Source: an uncultured virus (IMG/VR IMGVR_UViG_3300025789_000021) (taxonomy: Duplodnaviria > Heunggongvirae > Uroviricota > Caudoviricetes). Taken from it: a DNA stretch of 64,000 nt. Position numbers and translations under genes: made by a program. Of the stretch, positions 48,553 through 57,940 are shown in pieces. The notes under the pieces were generated by a model that saw only the letters and a program-made list of their open reading frames with translations, searched no databases and had not been told where the DNA came from. How positions within the stretch are numbered: the stretch's first letter is position 1; every line of letters begins with the position of its first letter. Location: the IMG/VR virus record IMGVR_UViG_3300025789_000021; one strand, given 5' to 3'.

Positions 48553-48611
48553 ATTTTTGTCTCCTTATTATGACATAGGTATTTAACAAGGAAATTTACA
48601 TCAGAATATTT

Positions 48612-48686
48612 TTAAGACCATTTCATTGTAATGTAGGGCATCAGTGATTCGTGCACGTTGTATCGTGGAAAATAATATCTAATCAT
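48612..48686 (-). pseudogene. 24-aa remnant of FxL[RK]W family
   Basis: MIRYYFPRYNVHESLMPYITMKWS*, ATGA-coupled to the previous family member. Confidence 0.4.
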
Positions 48687-48904
48687 GACCACCTCAATAT
48701 GAACATGGTTAAATTCTTTTCTTCTTCAAACTCGGCCCATACATCAAGTCCTTCAATAACACACTTTGCTCCGGAATTTTTTATTATATCATAGAGTGCA
48801 TAATTGTATTTTAAGCTATCACGTGGTTCGGTTATGGAATCAATTAAATTTTTATATATGGGCTTAATTGTATAGCCATCAATGAGATTGATACGAACTG
48901 TCAT
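48683..48904 (-). CDS. Short protein, FxL[RK]W family
   Basis: Ends FEEEKNLTMFILRWS. Confidence 0.6.
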   Translation of the reverse strand: MTVRINLIDGYTIKPIYKNLIDSITEPRDSLKYNYALYDIIKNSGAKCVIEGLDVWAEFEEEKNLTMFILRWS

Positions 48905-49158
48905 GACCATCTCAGAAGGAACCAAGATTCCAACTCGGGGCTTAGGATATAACGTCGACGAAACCCATTATCATCTGCATAACCATGTTTCTGGAAACAT
49001 GGTGCACCATGTTTCCACATACGGAGTGGGTGAGACTCAATCCAATCAGTAGTATCACCTACTATCATAGAATACATATTCCACCCAATTGGCTGATAAA
49101 TACCAAGCCATACCCATGGCATCAATTTTCTTGAATACTCATGCAAATTTGAGTTCAT
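48901..49158 (-). CDS. Short protein, FxL[RK]W family
   Basis: Ends PELESWFLLRWS; start uncertain. Confidence 0.55.
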   Translation of the reverse strand: MNSNLHEYSRKLMPWVWLGIYQPIGWNMYSMIVGDTTDWIESHPLRMWKHGAPCFQKHGYADDNGFRRRYILSPELESWFLLRWS

Positions 49159-49372
49159 AAAATACCGCTTCCTCTGGGTCTTCAAACGCCGGAAATGAGG
49201 CACCATGAGTGCCTCCTGATATCAGGGAAAACCTTCCTACCAGTTTTTCGGTGATCCATGCATATGATTCAGCATTTATAGGCGTGTTGGAACGAACAAA
49301 ATGATTGGGCATGAAGTTCAGTTCTCTTTCCAAAAACCACTGACTTAAGTTTAGATCATCTATCGTTTTCAT
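49139..49372 (-). CDS. Short protein, FxL[RK]W-related family
   Basis: SYAWI...GRF...FEDPEEAVFYELKFA. Confidence 0.6.
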   Translation of the reverse strand: MKTIDDLNLSQWFLERELNFMPNHFVRSNTPINAESYAWITEKLVGRFSLISGGTHGASFPAFEDPEEAVFYELKFA

Positions 49373-49617
49373 TATCTTTTACCAATGCATAAAGAATTTC
49401 CAACTTTTCAAGTGCGTCCATGAGAGTCGGGTTAGTCTCAGCAAGACGGATAATACGCATCATTCGCTGAGAACGCATAGCAAGTTGCATTTCCTTTTCC
49501 AATTTCTGATCCTCTGAATGTAGTTGTTGAGTTGAAGAAGCAAAACCCCGTGTGTAAATAGTTTTGCCCCCGTCAGGTGATTCAAAAACCATCTGACGGG
49601 AGACATCAACTTGCATT
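49356..49617 (-). CDS. Hypothetical protein
   Basis: VFESPDGGKTIY.R motif; start approximate. Confidence 0.55.
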
Positions 49618-49644
49618 ATTTCTGTTTTTGGCTTCACAGACTTA

Positions 49645-50952
49645 TTACTTACGATGATCATCGTAAAGAGCAAACACCCCGAAAGGAGGGTTCGGGTTAG
49701 GATCGCCGTGAATGATCCAAGTAGTGTCGCAGTAGTCAGGCGTTCCCCAGCTACCACAAGGATACCCGTCAGTAAACACGATCAGACGATTGGGAACCCT
49801 GCCTGCTTCTTTGAGGTCATTGAAAATGCAGTCAAAGTCGGTACCACCACCACCATGGAGTTGATATTCTTCAAGGTTTTCCATGTTTTCAGAAGAAAAT
49901 TCCTGTGTGTTGTAGCACCGCGTGTCAAAGCAAGTAACACGAAGATTGTACCCATCAAATGCATCCATCATGCCACCAACTTCTGAGAGGAAAGCCATAC
50001 CTTGCTTGTTGGAGATTGAACCGGACATGTCAATATAAATATCAACATCAATTTCCTCACCAGGGTTCATGCCAGGCATGATTGCGTCCATATGCCACGA
50101 ACGGCGAGAAGGACGCATCCAAGTATAATCAGACTTGATTGCAGAGGTAAGATTGGTCTGGATCAGTTCCCGCCAAGGCATAACAGGGTCAGTGAGGCTT
50201 TTGATCATGATTTCAACGCCCTTAGGAATACTACCAGCCTCAGCCGTAGAAGCAGCATTGAGAATTGCCTGCTTCATTTCTTGGCGGATTTCTTCCTTTT
50301 CAGCCTCGGAAAGGTTAGGACGACCCTTACCCTTCTTGTTGCCATCTTTGCTTTCGCCATCATCACCATCGCCATCACCATCATCACCATCGCCATCAAT
50401 GTGATCGTCAATCATCTTGTCCAGAAGATCGTCAATGTTGATATATTGGACGTTCTTCATCAGATCGTCATAGATCGCCTCAACCGCCCAGTTTTCGTAC
50501 TTGGTGTCATAGAGACATGGAACAGTGGTGATGAAATCACCGACCTTGTGACGCTTCAAGTCAGCATTGACCGCATAGTCAGCCGCGATGTTCCAGAATT
50601 CCGGATCACGGTTGTCACGGCGTCCAAGGTGATCATACACCACGTGCAGGACTTCATGTCCGACAAGAAATTCAACTTCCTTAGTCTTGAGCATCTGAAT
50701 GAAGCGAGAGTTGTAATAGAACCGGCGACCATCGGTGGCCGCAGTGGTCAGCCACTCATCAGCATTGATGAGTTGAAGGCGAGTAGCAAGGTTGCCGAAG
50801 AAAGCATGACGCAGCAAAAGCCCGATACGTGCGGTAACCAAGCGTTCGCGAGCAAGATGGTCAATCTTAGGATCGGTAGGACCCACGAGTTTATCAAACT
50901 TGTTGCTACGCGAACGCTTGGACTTCTTGGGGGCAGTGGTATTGGTAGTCAT
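49645..50952 (-). CDS. Metallopeptidase-like + VWA domain protein (DUF2201-like)
   Basis: TAATDG, HEVLH, acidic linker, DMSGS MIDAS, GGGGTDF, FTDGY. Confidence 0.88.
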   Translation of the reverse strand: MTTNTTAPKKSKRSRSNKFDKLVGPTDPKIDHLARERLVTARIGLLLRHAFFGNLATRLQLINADEWLTTAATDGRRFYYNSRFIQMLKTKEVEFLVGHEVLHVVYDHLGRRDNRDPEFWNIAADYAVNADLKRHKVGDFITTVPCLYDTKYENWAVEAIYDDLMKNVQYINIDDLLDKMIDDHIDGDGDDGDGDGDDGESKDGNKKGKGRPNLSEAEKEEIRQEMKQAILNAASTAEAGSIPKGVEIMIKSLTDPVMPWRELIQTNLTSAIKSDYTWMRPSRRSWHMDAIMPGMNPGEEIDVDIYIDMSGSISNKQGMAFLSEVGGMMDAFDGYNLRVTCFDTRCYNTQEFSSENMENLEEYQLHGGGGTDFDCIFNDLKEAGRVPNRLIVFTDGYPCGSWGTPDYCDTTWIIHGDPNPNPPFGVFALYDDHRK

Positions 50953-51017
50953 GTTAGAAACCTTTCGTTGTTGATGTGCTGACTTTAACGCAGATGTACT
51001 GTCATGTCAAGCATAAA

Positions 51018-51263
51018 TCACCTGATCCATTTATAATACATATCAAAATCTTTATTTTTCATATAATGGATCGCTCCCTTTTTATAGGGAACCGGGGCAT
51101 AAGTAACAAATTGTAAAAGAATTACATCCTGTTGCAAAATTTTAGAAGCATCTGAGTGAGGATATCCATAAATCTTGCGAATGTCCTGAGGACGAAACTC
51201 AATATCATATGGTGCCGCTTTAATTGCTTCTACCATATCGCGTTGGTGATCAGTGAGCTTCAC
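51018..51263 (-). CDS. Hypothetical protein
   Basis: 81 aa, GTG start with AGGA RBS. Confidence 0.5.
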   Translation of the reverse strand: MKLTDHQRDMVEAIKAAPYDIEFRPQDIRKIYGYPHSDASKILQQDVILLQFVTYAPVPYKKGAIHYMKNKDFDMYYKWIR

Positions 51264-51289
51264 GTGTAAATCCTTTTAAAAGAGAAGAG

Positions 51290-51652
51290 TTAGTTGGCTT
51301 TTGGACTATGCTTAACGCGAAGCAAATCGTGTACAATGGGACCATATCGTTCATGAAACTTTTCCATCATCCGAGAATTAGGATCAACATACGGAAAGTT
51401 GTCAGATCGGAACATGAACCAAGTTACCAAAATTGGCAAAAGTCGCTCATCAATTTTTTCTGCTGCCCGAGAAAGTTCATCGGACATAATATTACTGACG
51501 AAATAGGGGCGGAGTTGTTTTGCACTGTCTGGATCAGGTTCAGCAAACTCAGCAAAAACAAAGTCCATCACACTATCCCAGTATTCAGAAGCATTGTTTT
51601 GTTCCACTACTGCGATAGCAAGATTTACTAAAGTATTTATTTTGTCGCTCAT
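51290..51652 (-). CDS. Hypothetical protein resembling C-terminal domain of adjacent MoxR ATPase
   Basis: DSVMDFVFAEF and EKFHERYGPIV align with DNFFEFIMKNF and NDFHKKYGKYIV. Confidence 0.5.
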   Translation of the reverse strand: MSDKINTLVNLAIAVVEQNNASEYWDSVMDFVFAEFAEPDPDSAKQLRPYFVSNIMSDELSRAAEKIDERLLPILVTWFMFRSDNFPYVDPNSRMMEKFHERYGPIVHDLLRVKHSPKAN

Positions 51653-51667
51653 GTTGCATAATCCTTA

Positions 51668-51702
51668 TAAAAAAGGGGGAAGATTGTCTCAAACCTTCCC
51701 CC
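51668..51702 (-). terminator. Rho-independent terminator
   Basis: ggggaag...cttcccc with A-run on the left. Confidence 0.7.
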
Positions 51703-51716
51703 ATGGAGCCGCTGGC

Positions 51717-52829
51717 TTAGTTACCAGCTTCTACGATGTACTTGCCATACTTCTTGTGGAAGTCATTGAAGTTAGTCAACTGCGAAGGCTCAATCGGAAG
51801 TTTGTAGGTCTTCAGAGCGATCTTTGCACCCATAACCACCAATTCAGTCTCAAAGTTCTTCATGATAAACTCAAAGAAGTTGTCAGCCATCTTGTGGAAA
51901 CCCTTGTTATCCACGGTCTTGTTTGCCAGAGCATCACGAAGTTCGTAGCACATGGAAATCGTCAGCGAGTACATTGCCGAAATTTCCTTGACCGCCAATT
52001 CAGTGACCTTGCCCGAGAGGATATCGGCAGGGTTAGGCATGCGACCGGCAACCTTACGGTGTGCCATGAACTTGGTAGCAAGACCGTCACCGATGGAACC
52101 GGCAACCAGAGTAAACAGCGTATCGTTGTCAACCGTTTCATCGCTCAGAAGATCGCTGACGAAGCACCACGAACGCGGAGTTGCGAAGGCGCGGCTGGAA
52201 CCCTTGGCGTCAAAGTCATAACCGTCCTGTTTGGAGAACGAGAGATAACCAACAACGTCTTGGTGGATGCCCTTGTTGACTGCCCAATTCTGCCATGCAG
52301 CGAAGTCATACTTCATTTCGATGTGAACAAAACGATTGGCGAGCGGCATCGGCATGCGATAGGTAACGCCCTTGTCGCTGTCACGGTTACCGGCAGCAAC
52401 GATAACCACGTTATCGGGCAACTTGTACTTACCAACGCGGCGATTGAGGATCAACTGATAACCAGCGGCCTGAACCGCAGGAGGAGCCGAGTTCATTTCG
52501 TCAAGGAACAGAACAACGATGGGATACTGGTCGCAGACTTCTTGGCTGGGAAGATCAACCGGCTCAGCCCAATCCATCTTGCCATTGTCTTTGTTATAGA
52601 AGGGAATACCGCGAATGTCGGTAGGTTCCATCTGTGCCATACGAAGATCGTACATGTAGCCGCCAAGTTCTTGGGTGACTTCTTCAACCACTTCCGACTT
52701 GCCGATACCCGGAGGACCCCAGAGGAACACAGGACGCTTTGCCTTGAATGCCGAAAGGAGAGCCTTGCGAGCCTGAATAGAATTGATAGTGAGAGTGTCA
52801 GATACGTGAGACATGTGTTTAAGCTCCAT
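51717..52829 (-). CDS. MoxR-like AAA+ ATPase
   Basis: WGPPGIGKS, EPTDIRG, LFLDE, AAGN, LANRF. Confidence 0.88.
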   Translation of the reverse strand: MELKHMSHVSDTLTINSIQARKALLSAFKAKRPVFLWGPPGIGKSEVVEEVTQELGGYMYDLRMAQMEPTDIRGIPFYNKDNGKMDWAEPVDLPSQEVCDQYPIVVLFLDEMNSAPPAVQAAGYQLILNRRVGKYKLPDNVVIVAAGNRDSDKGVTYRMPMPLANRFVHIEMKYDFAAWQNWAVNKGIHQDVVGYLSFSKQDGYDFDAKGSSRAFATPRSWCFVSDLLSDETVDNDTLFTLVAGSIGDGLATKFMAHRKVAGRMPNPADILSGKVTELAVKEISAMYSLTISMCYELRDALANKTVDNKGFHKMADNFFEFIMKNFETELVVMGAKIALKTYKLPIEPSQLTNFNDFHKKYGKYIVEAGN

Positions 52830-52939
52830 TAGGTTGTGTTAATGTAATAGAGAGTGTTTTCCGTTGTTGCTCTCTATGAACCCTGTATAGCGATGGTTCC
52901 AATTCGAGTCAACAACTATTTTCACTTTTTTGAAGTTTT

Positions 52940-53227
52940 TTATGCCATCAGTTGAGCAATGAGGATAAGCTGATCCAAGTGGTTGATTGCATTGATGATT
53001 TCTTTGAGTTTCTTATCCGAAGCAATGATATGTTGATTGCTACGCAGATTGCGCTCAGTTTTTGGTACACTACGAGATTTTACCTCAAGTTTGCTGAGTT
53101 CAGTGATCATCTTCTTGATGTTACCGTGCAATTTATACAAGTCTGGATTATACTCCAGCTTGAAAAGTTTCAACAACCTCTTATCAAGGTGTGACTGAGC
53201 CAAAATCGCACTATGAATGTTTTCCAT
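52940..53227 (-). CDS. Hypothetical helical protein
   Basis: 95 aa behind a TTGACT promoter. Confidence 0.55.
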   Translation of the reverse strand: MENIHSAILAQSHLDKRLLKLFKLEYNPDLYKLHGNIKKMITELSKLEVKSRSVPKTERNLRSNQHIIASDKKLKEIINAINHLDQLILIAQLMA

Positions 53228-53266
53228 AGTCTACCCTTACGATAGCATCAGGAATAAGTCAATATC

Positions 53267-53980
53267 TTACTTAAAGTCTAAGACGATATGGCTACCATTC
53301 CGAAACCAACAATCAGCCTGAGTACTCCATTTATCATATAATTCATCATCTACTACGCGACAATGTTCTTCAGGGCGAGCACCAAATCCACCAATTGGAC
53401 AAGGATGATAGTTGACCCAGTTCACTACAATAAAACGACCTTTGAACGTGGTGAGAATGCGTTCCCAAACTTTATCAAATGCCGGTTCAGGTATATGCTC
53501 AAGGCTTTCTACCATAAGGATAGTATCAAATGTTGTTAAGTCAATTTCATCTATAAACTGGTCTATAAAACCAACCATTGGTTTAACTGGTTGAAATTGA
53601 TACTGAGTTGCTGTTTCTTCATACCATCGCTCTGCACCATTTCCTGGTTCAACACTGATGACTTCAATTCCCATGTGATTGAGAACAGTTGCTACTTCTC
53701 CACGACCTCCGCCAATTTCCAAAACACGTTTGGGGTTTCTGGTAGCAAAGGTTTTCAAAAATTGCATTTGTGATTCGATATAGCGGTAATCGTTACTTTC
53801 CGCTCTACCATTTTCATCTACTTTAAATACCTCAGGAAATGAATCTTTGAGTTGTTCCCATGATATATTATGGGCATACCCTAAACCAGCCAAAGCATCT
53901 CCAAATTTAAGACTTTGACTCCTCCAACTACGTATACCATCTGAATGGGTAAAATATGTAAAATCATATAAATCGTTCAT
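53267..53980 (-). CDS. Class I SAM-dependent methyltransferase
   Basis: VLEIGGGRG, SVEP, FDTI...SLEHI. Confidence 0.75.
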   Translation of the reverse strand: MNDLYDFTYFTHSDGIRSWRSQSLKFGDALAGLGYAHNISWEQLKDSFPEVFKVDENGRAESNDYRYIESQMQFLKTFATRNPKRVLEIGGGRGEVATVLNHMGIEVISVEPGNGAERWYEETATQYQFQPVKPMVGFIDQFIDEIDLTTFDTILMVESLEHIPEPAFDKVWERILTTFKGRFIVVNWVNYHPCPIGGFGARPEEHCRVVDDELYDKWSTQADCWFRNGSHIVLDFK

Positions 53981-54029
53981 TATTATTGTCCTTTAATTTA
54001 CTCTATTATACTAAGTATAATAGAGTAAG

Positions 54030-56177
54030 TCAACGTGTTTCTTTCATCATGTTAGGATCATTTGGAGAAAAGGAGCCACGGTTTCCGACTGCGGATTTAA
54101 CCTGATTCGGATTAAAAACTACCCAAACTTCACCGGACTTTGCATTGCTGTTGTTTGGAATGATTTCATTGATAATAGCACCATCAAAGCCAAGCTTCTG
54201 TAAGGTTTTTACAAAGTGATCACCTTCTGGTCCGTCAAACAGTTCCCAGCGTTCAAACTCATCAACATAATAATATATTGACCTCAAGTCAATACCATTG
54301 TCTTTAAATCCTTGCACGGTTTCTTCGTTATCTAACATATGTGAAAGATTGTTATCTCTTAGATCAATGGGATTCTGTACTGAAAGATATACAGGCAAGA
54401 TTCGTCCACTTGGCTTATATTCACCGGGGTAATCTGGTTTCTCAATGAACGATTCAGCAAACATTGGATCAACCGCAAAGAAGGAACCATGACGTTCTAC
54501 TTCAAATGCCATACCCAATGCACTTGCAAAGCCTGTGCCATGAGTGTTGAACGTGTCAAAGTCTTTAGTAGTAGCATGATAGAATGTCATTGGCTTATGA
54601 CCATCCCATGCATGAGTGTGCTTTAGCCAATCGTCCATTCTTTTTTGGCGATGCTGTTCATCATAGCCGGGAAACAGTTCTTCTTGTTCCTCTTCTGCTA
54701 AGAATGACTGCCATTCGTTCATCAGGCTTTCGGCAATCTTACCGTCTGCTCTAGCTTGGGGAGGGATGCCTGCTCTGGAAGTCTTGAAGCCAAATGCCTT
54801 AGCGTTCTTCTTGATCGCATCTGGCTTGACATCTATTGTTAACGCCGTGCACCATCGTGGGTCATTCTTTTCTTTTGCTGATGGGATGTATCCTGATGCT
54901 TCGTCAATATAAGGTAAACGAACATTTTTATAGCGATCAGGATCATGCGGCTTAACTTCTTGTGTCTTCTTAGGCTTTGGTTCTCTCCAACCACGTTCCC
55001 ATGCTGCCGCACCTTTTCTTGCCGCAAGATTAACGTCTTGTCCTCTTGCTCGCGCTGAACGGACAAAATGGTCAATCACTTGCTGCTTGGTGGTGTAGGC
55101 TTCGTCAAGTTGTTCTTCTTGCATTTCATAGCGTTTCATGATTTCATCTGGAACATTATCATCCCATCCAACATAATAATTATCACTAATTTTATCTATC
55201 GCAGCGTCAAGACGATTTCTATAGTCGTATGGTATACCCAGTTCTTCTGCACCACTGCCGTGAATGGCCTCAGTGGCATCCCACCAGTAAGTATCACCGC
55301 TGTAATAGAGTCCACGAAGATGTTTGTGTTGTGATTTTTTAGTTAGATTATACAGAGCACGTGGTGTAGGGTTTTTCCAATGTTTTAACGAGCTTTCTTC
55401 ATTGATTATTGCATCAAACTGGTGCTTCAATTCTTCAGCAAGAGTGTCTTCTTGCTCGGCAATTTCCTCTTCAATGCTTAACTTACTGCTGCGAAGTTTA
55501 TCACGTAAGTTATATAGTGCATCAATGCCCTTTTGTGATCTAACTGCTTTATATGCAAGATTTTCTGGTGAGAATTCTCCGCCCTTAGATAATCCTGCCT
55601 GACGATAACGCTTGATCATATGCAACACATTATCCAGCCGCCCTAAGTCTTTTGTTTTTAAAGTAAGGTCAACCAAATCTGCTAGTTTTTGATATTTTGC
55701 TTTGGTTGCTGTCTGATCAAAGTTTGCTCTGCGTTTTACTGGATGCTTAATCCAGCGATTATTTAAAATACTATATTCACCAAGTGACACTACAGGCTCG
55801 TTGCTGTCTTGCACATATACTTCTACTGGAATGCCATGGACAGTAATATTATGAGAGTCATTATAAATTGTCTTTTTGGCTTTGAATAATTCCTGATAGA
55901 CTTCATTGTCAGGAAACCGCGACATATCCACAACTATGTGTAAATCAAGATCGCTATGTTTTGTATAAGAATATGCAGCATTTGAGCCAGAAATGGTTAC
56001 GTCTTTTACATTAACATCACTGATTCCAAGTTCTGACATGAAATCGTCTGCAATACTTAATAGACTATCTTTAACTTCTGGATCAAGGGTTTCGTCTATC
56101 CAAAGGTTGGGGTTAAGTTTGTCGTGAAACTTAACTGCGTCTGAAAGTTTAAATGAATGAAGTTCTTTAATGTCCAT
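54030..56177 (-). CDS. Polyvalent protein: pol-beta nucleotidyltransferase + C-terminal ADP-ribosyltransferase-like (ART-PolyVal) domain
   Basis: N-term SGSN...SDLDLH. C-term FYHAT...GSFFA...PVYL..NP.D...GFDG...EVWVVFNPNQVKS. Late TAAATA at 56183-56188. Confidence 0.65.
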   Translation of the reverse strand: MDIKELHSFKLSDAVKFHDKLNPNLWIDETLDPEVKDSLLSIADDFMSELGISDVNVKDVTISGSNAAYSYTKHSDLDLHIVVDMSRFPDNEVYQELFKAKKTIYNDSHNITVHGIPVEVYVQDSNEPVVSLGEYSILNNRWIKHPVKRRANFDQTATKAKYQKLADLVDLTLKTKDLGRLDNVLHMIKRYRQAGLSKGGEFSPENLAYKAVRSQKGIDALYNLRDKLRSSKLSIEEEIAEQEDTLAEELKHQFDAIINEESSLKHWKNPTPRALYNLTKKSQHKHLRGLYYSGDTYWWDATEAIHGSGAEELGIPYDYRNRLDAAIDKISDNYYVGWDDNVPDEIMKRYEMQEEQLDEAYTTKQQVIDHFVRSARARGQDVNLAARKGAAAWERGWREPKPKKTQEVKPHDPDRYKNVRLPYIDEASGYIPSAKEKNDPRWCTALTIDVKPDAIKKNAKAFGFKTSRAGIPPQARADGKIAESLMNEWQSFLAEEEQEELFPGYDEQHRQKRMDDWLKHTHAWDGHKPMTFYHATTKDFDTFNTHGTGFASALGMAFEVERHGSFFAVDPMFAESFIEKPDYPGEYKPSGRILPVYLSVQNPIDLRDNNLSHMLDNEETVQGFKDNGIDLRSIYYYVDEFERWELFDGPEGDHFVKTLQKLGFDGAIINEIIPNNSNAKSGEVWVVFNPNQVKSAVGNRGSFSPNDPNMMKETR

Positions 56178-56188
56178 TCATATATTTA

Positions 56189-56971
56189 TCAAGAATGTGT
56201 TGGGTTAAGATTATGAGCAGGTTGATAGCAGTTAATTATTTCCCAACGTCCATCATGGTGTTCAACTAATGCAGTCATTGATTCTACCCAGTCACCGTCA
56301 TTCATATAAACAACGCCGTTGATGTTTTTAATTTCGGCAGTATGTATATGACCACAAATTACTCCATCATATCCTTTGCGTTTAGCATATTTGGAAATAT
56401 TGTCTTCAAAGTGATACATGAAGTCCATCGCGCGTTTTACACGATGCTTTAGATATTTGCTTAAGGACCAGTAACCAAATCCCATTTTGTGTCTGAGCCA
56501 GTTGTATTTTGTATTGATAGCAAGCACAAAATCATATGCACCATCACCAAGAAAACTGATCCATTTGTTTACGCGAGTGATGCCATCAAACAAATCGCCA
56601 TGAACTACAAGATAATGTTTACCGTCTTTACCTATATGTTCAATCTGATTGACGATTTCTACATTTCCAAATGCCAAATTAAATGCCAAATACGGGCGGA
56701 GGAATTCATCATGGTTACCCAACACGTATACAACTCTGGTGCCGCGCTTGGCATGTCCGAGAATGCGTCTGATCACATTAGTATGAGTCTGTTTCCAACG
56801 AAACTTATTCTTTTGAATTTTCCACCCATCAATAATGTCTCCGACCAGATAGAGGGTTTCGCAAGAGTTATTTTTCAAAAAACTATCAAGCTGTTCAGCT
56901 TTACAATCTTTTGTTCCGAGATGAATGTCTGAAATGCATATCGTTCTGTATGTTTTTTGTGTTTTTGTCAT
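56189..56971 (-). CDS. Calcineurin-like metallophosphoesterase (LpxH-like)
   Basis: SDIHLG, GDIIDG, GNHD, HGD, CGHIH, NDGDW. Confidence 0.85.
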   Translation of the reverse strand: MTKTQKTYRTICISDIHLGTKDCKAEQLDSFLKNNSCETLYLVGDIIDGWKIQKNKFRWKQTHTNVIRRILGHAKRGTRVVYVLGNHDEFLRPYLAFNLAFGNVEIVNQIEHIGKDGKHYLVVHGDLFDGITRVNKWISFLGDGAYDFVLAINTKYNWLRHKMGFGYWSLSKYLKHRVKRAMDFMYHFEDNISKYAKRKGYDGVICGHIHTAEIKNINGVVYMNDGDWVESMTALVEHHDGRWEIINCYQPAHNLNPTHS

Positions 56972-56974
56972 TTA

Positions 56975-57400
56975 TTATGACGATCTTGGAATGTGATGGT
57001 CGTTTTCTGATACGGATAGTCGTTTAGCCATATTCTTTTGAATTTTTATGTTTGGTGGCTGTCCAGTTCCAAGATCAGCATGTGTAAACACGCCATATAA
57101 CTTGATCGTTGTTGGGTTTCTTCCGGATAATTCATACACGATGGCGATATCAGGTGTAAGATGTGCCTTCACCGCTTTTTGAAGATATTGTTTATAGATT
57201 CCATTACCAGTAAATGGTTTATCATTCGTGCCATACTGTGCAAGAGGATTTGCCTCTTTGAATCGCATAAACTCTTGAATTTTTTGTAGAATGTTTGGTG
57301 TATCCTTCTGGGCACTAACCACAGAAGGAATCCACATAGAACCTTCTACAAATACTACGGAGTTATTTTGGGGTGGGTTAGAATTTGATTTTTTAGCCAT
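56975..57400 (-). CDS. YafQ/RelE-like mRNA interferase (putative toxin)
   Basis: DKPFTGNG...KAHLTPDIAIVY...IKLYGVFTHADL parallels YafQ DH.L.G...CHI.PD.LLIY...L...G.H..L. Confidence 0.6.
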   Translation of the reverse strand: MAKKSNSNPPQNNSVVFVEGSMWIPSVVSAQKDTPNILQKIQEFMRFKEANPLAQYGTNDKPFTGNGIYKQYLQKAVKAHLTPDIAIVYELSGRNPTTIKLYGVFTHADLGTGQPPNIKIQKNMAKRLSVSENDHHIPRSS

Positions 57401-57584
57401 TAATCTTAACAGCTTCTTCCAAACGAGCCATCATTTCGTCTCCGGTCATTGGCTTGCTCCAAGGACCATTTGCAGACTTGATGATTGCTACCACATCGTC
57501 CGTGCGGAGACCAGTATCGTTACTAGCATCAATGGCTTCAAAAAGAGCCTGTTCGCTGGGTTGGGTTACTTCATTGATACGCAT
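57393..57584 (-). CDS. Small acidic protein, putative antitoxin partner
   Basis: 63 aa, overlaps toxin start; TAAATA at 57593-57598 and TTGACA/TATATC promoter at 57623-57650. Confidence 0.5.
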   Translation of the reverse strand: MRINEVTQPSEQALFEAIDASNDTGLRTDDVVAIIKSANGPWSKPMTGDEMMARLEEAVKING

Positions 57585-57759
57585 GATATTATTATTTATC
57601 CTTCAGATCGTGTTATCAAACGGATATAACGTGCCTATTCTTATTGTCAAGAAAAAATAGTGGTTTTTTATTTGAAGATCATCCAATCCAACCCACCGTT
57701 GGAATCAAATCGGTCTGGTGCCGCCCCAACCTTCATGAATCATATTATGTTTCCTATAT

Positions 57760-57928
57760 AAAATGGCCCGTTCTGTTGACGGGTGGGCCAGACCCCGGAA
57801 ATCATGCTGCTAGAGCAATATCCATGGTTGAATTATCATTTGCAGATACTTCTATTTAGTCTATAATGCGACTAACCAATCAGTCTAGGCGTTCCTATTC
57901 CGTGACAATCGATCCTATATTCAGGCCC
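57760..57928 (-). ncRNA. ssrA: tmRNA coding piece (permuted two-piece gene)
   Basis: Starts GGGCCTGAATATAGGATCGA. Tag reading frame 57843-57802 gives ANDNSTMDIALAA*. Ends in a TGGCCC...GGGCCA-TTTT hairpin. Confidence 0.9.
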
Positions 57929-57940
57929 ATCATAAAGAAA

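Noticed and set aside
50092..52832. Long plus-strand ORFs (296 aa and 412 aa)
   Set aside because: Antisense shadows of the well-supported VWA and MoxR genes; no motifs or RBS.
57644..57859. 71-aa plus-strand ORF
   Set aside because: Antisense to the tmRNA coding piece.
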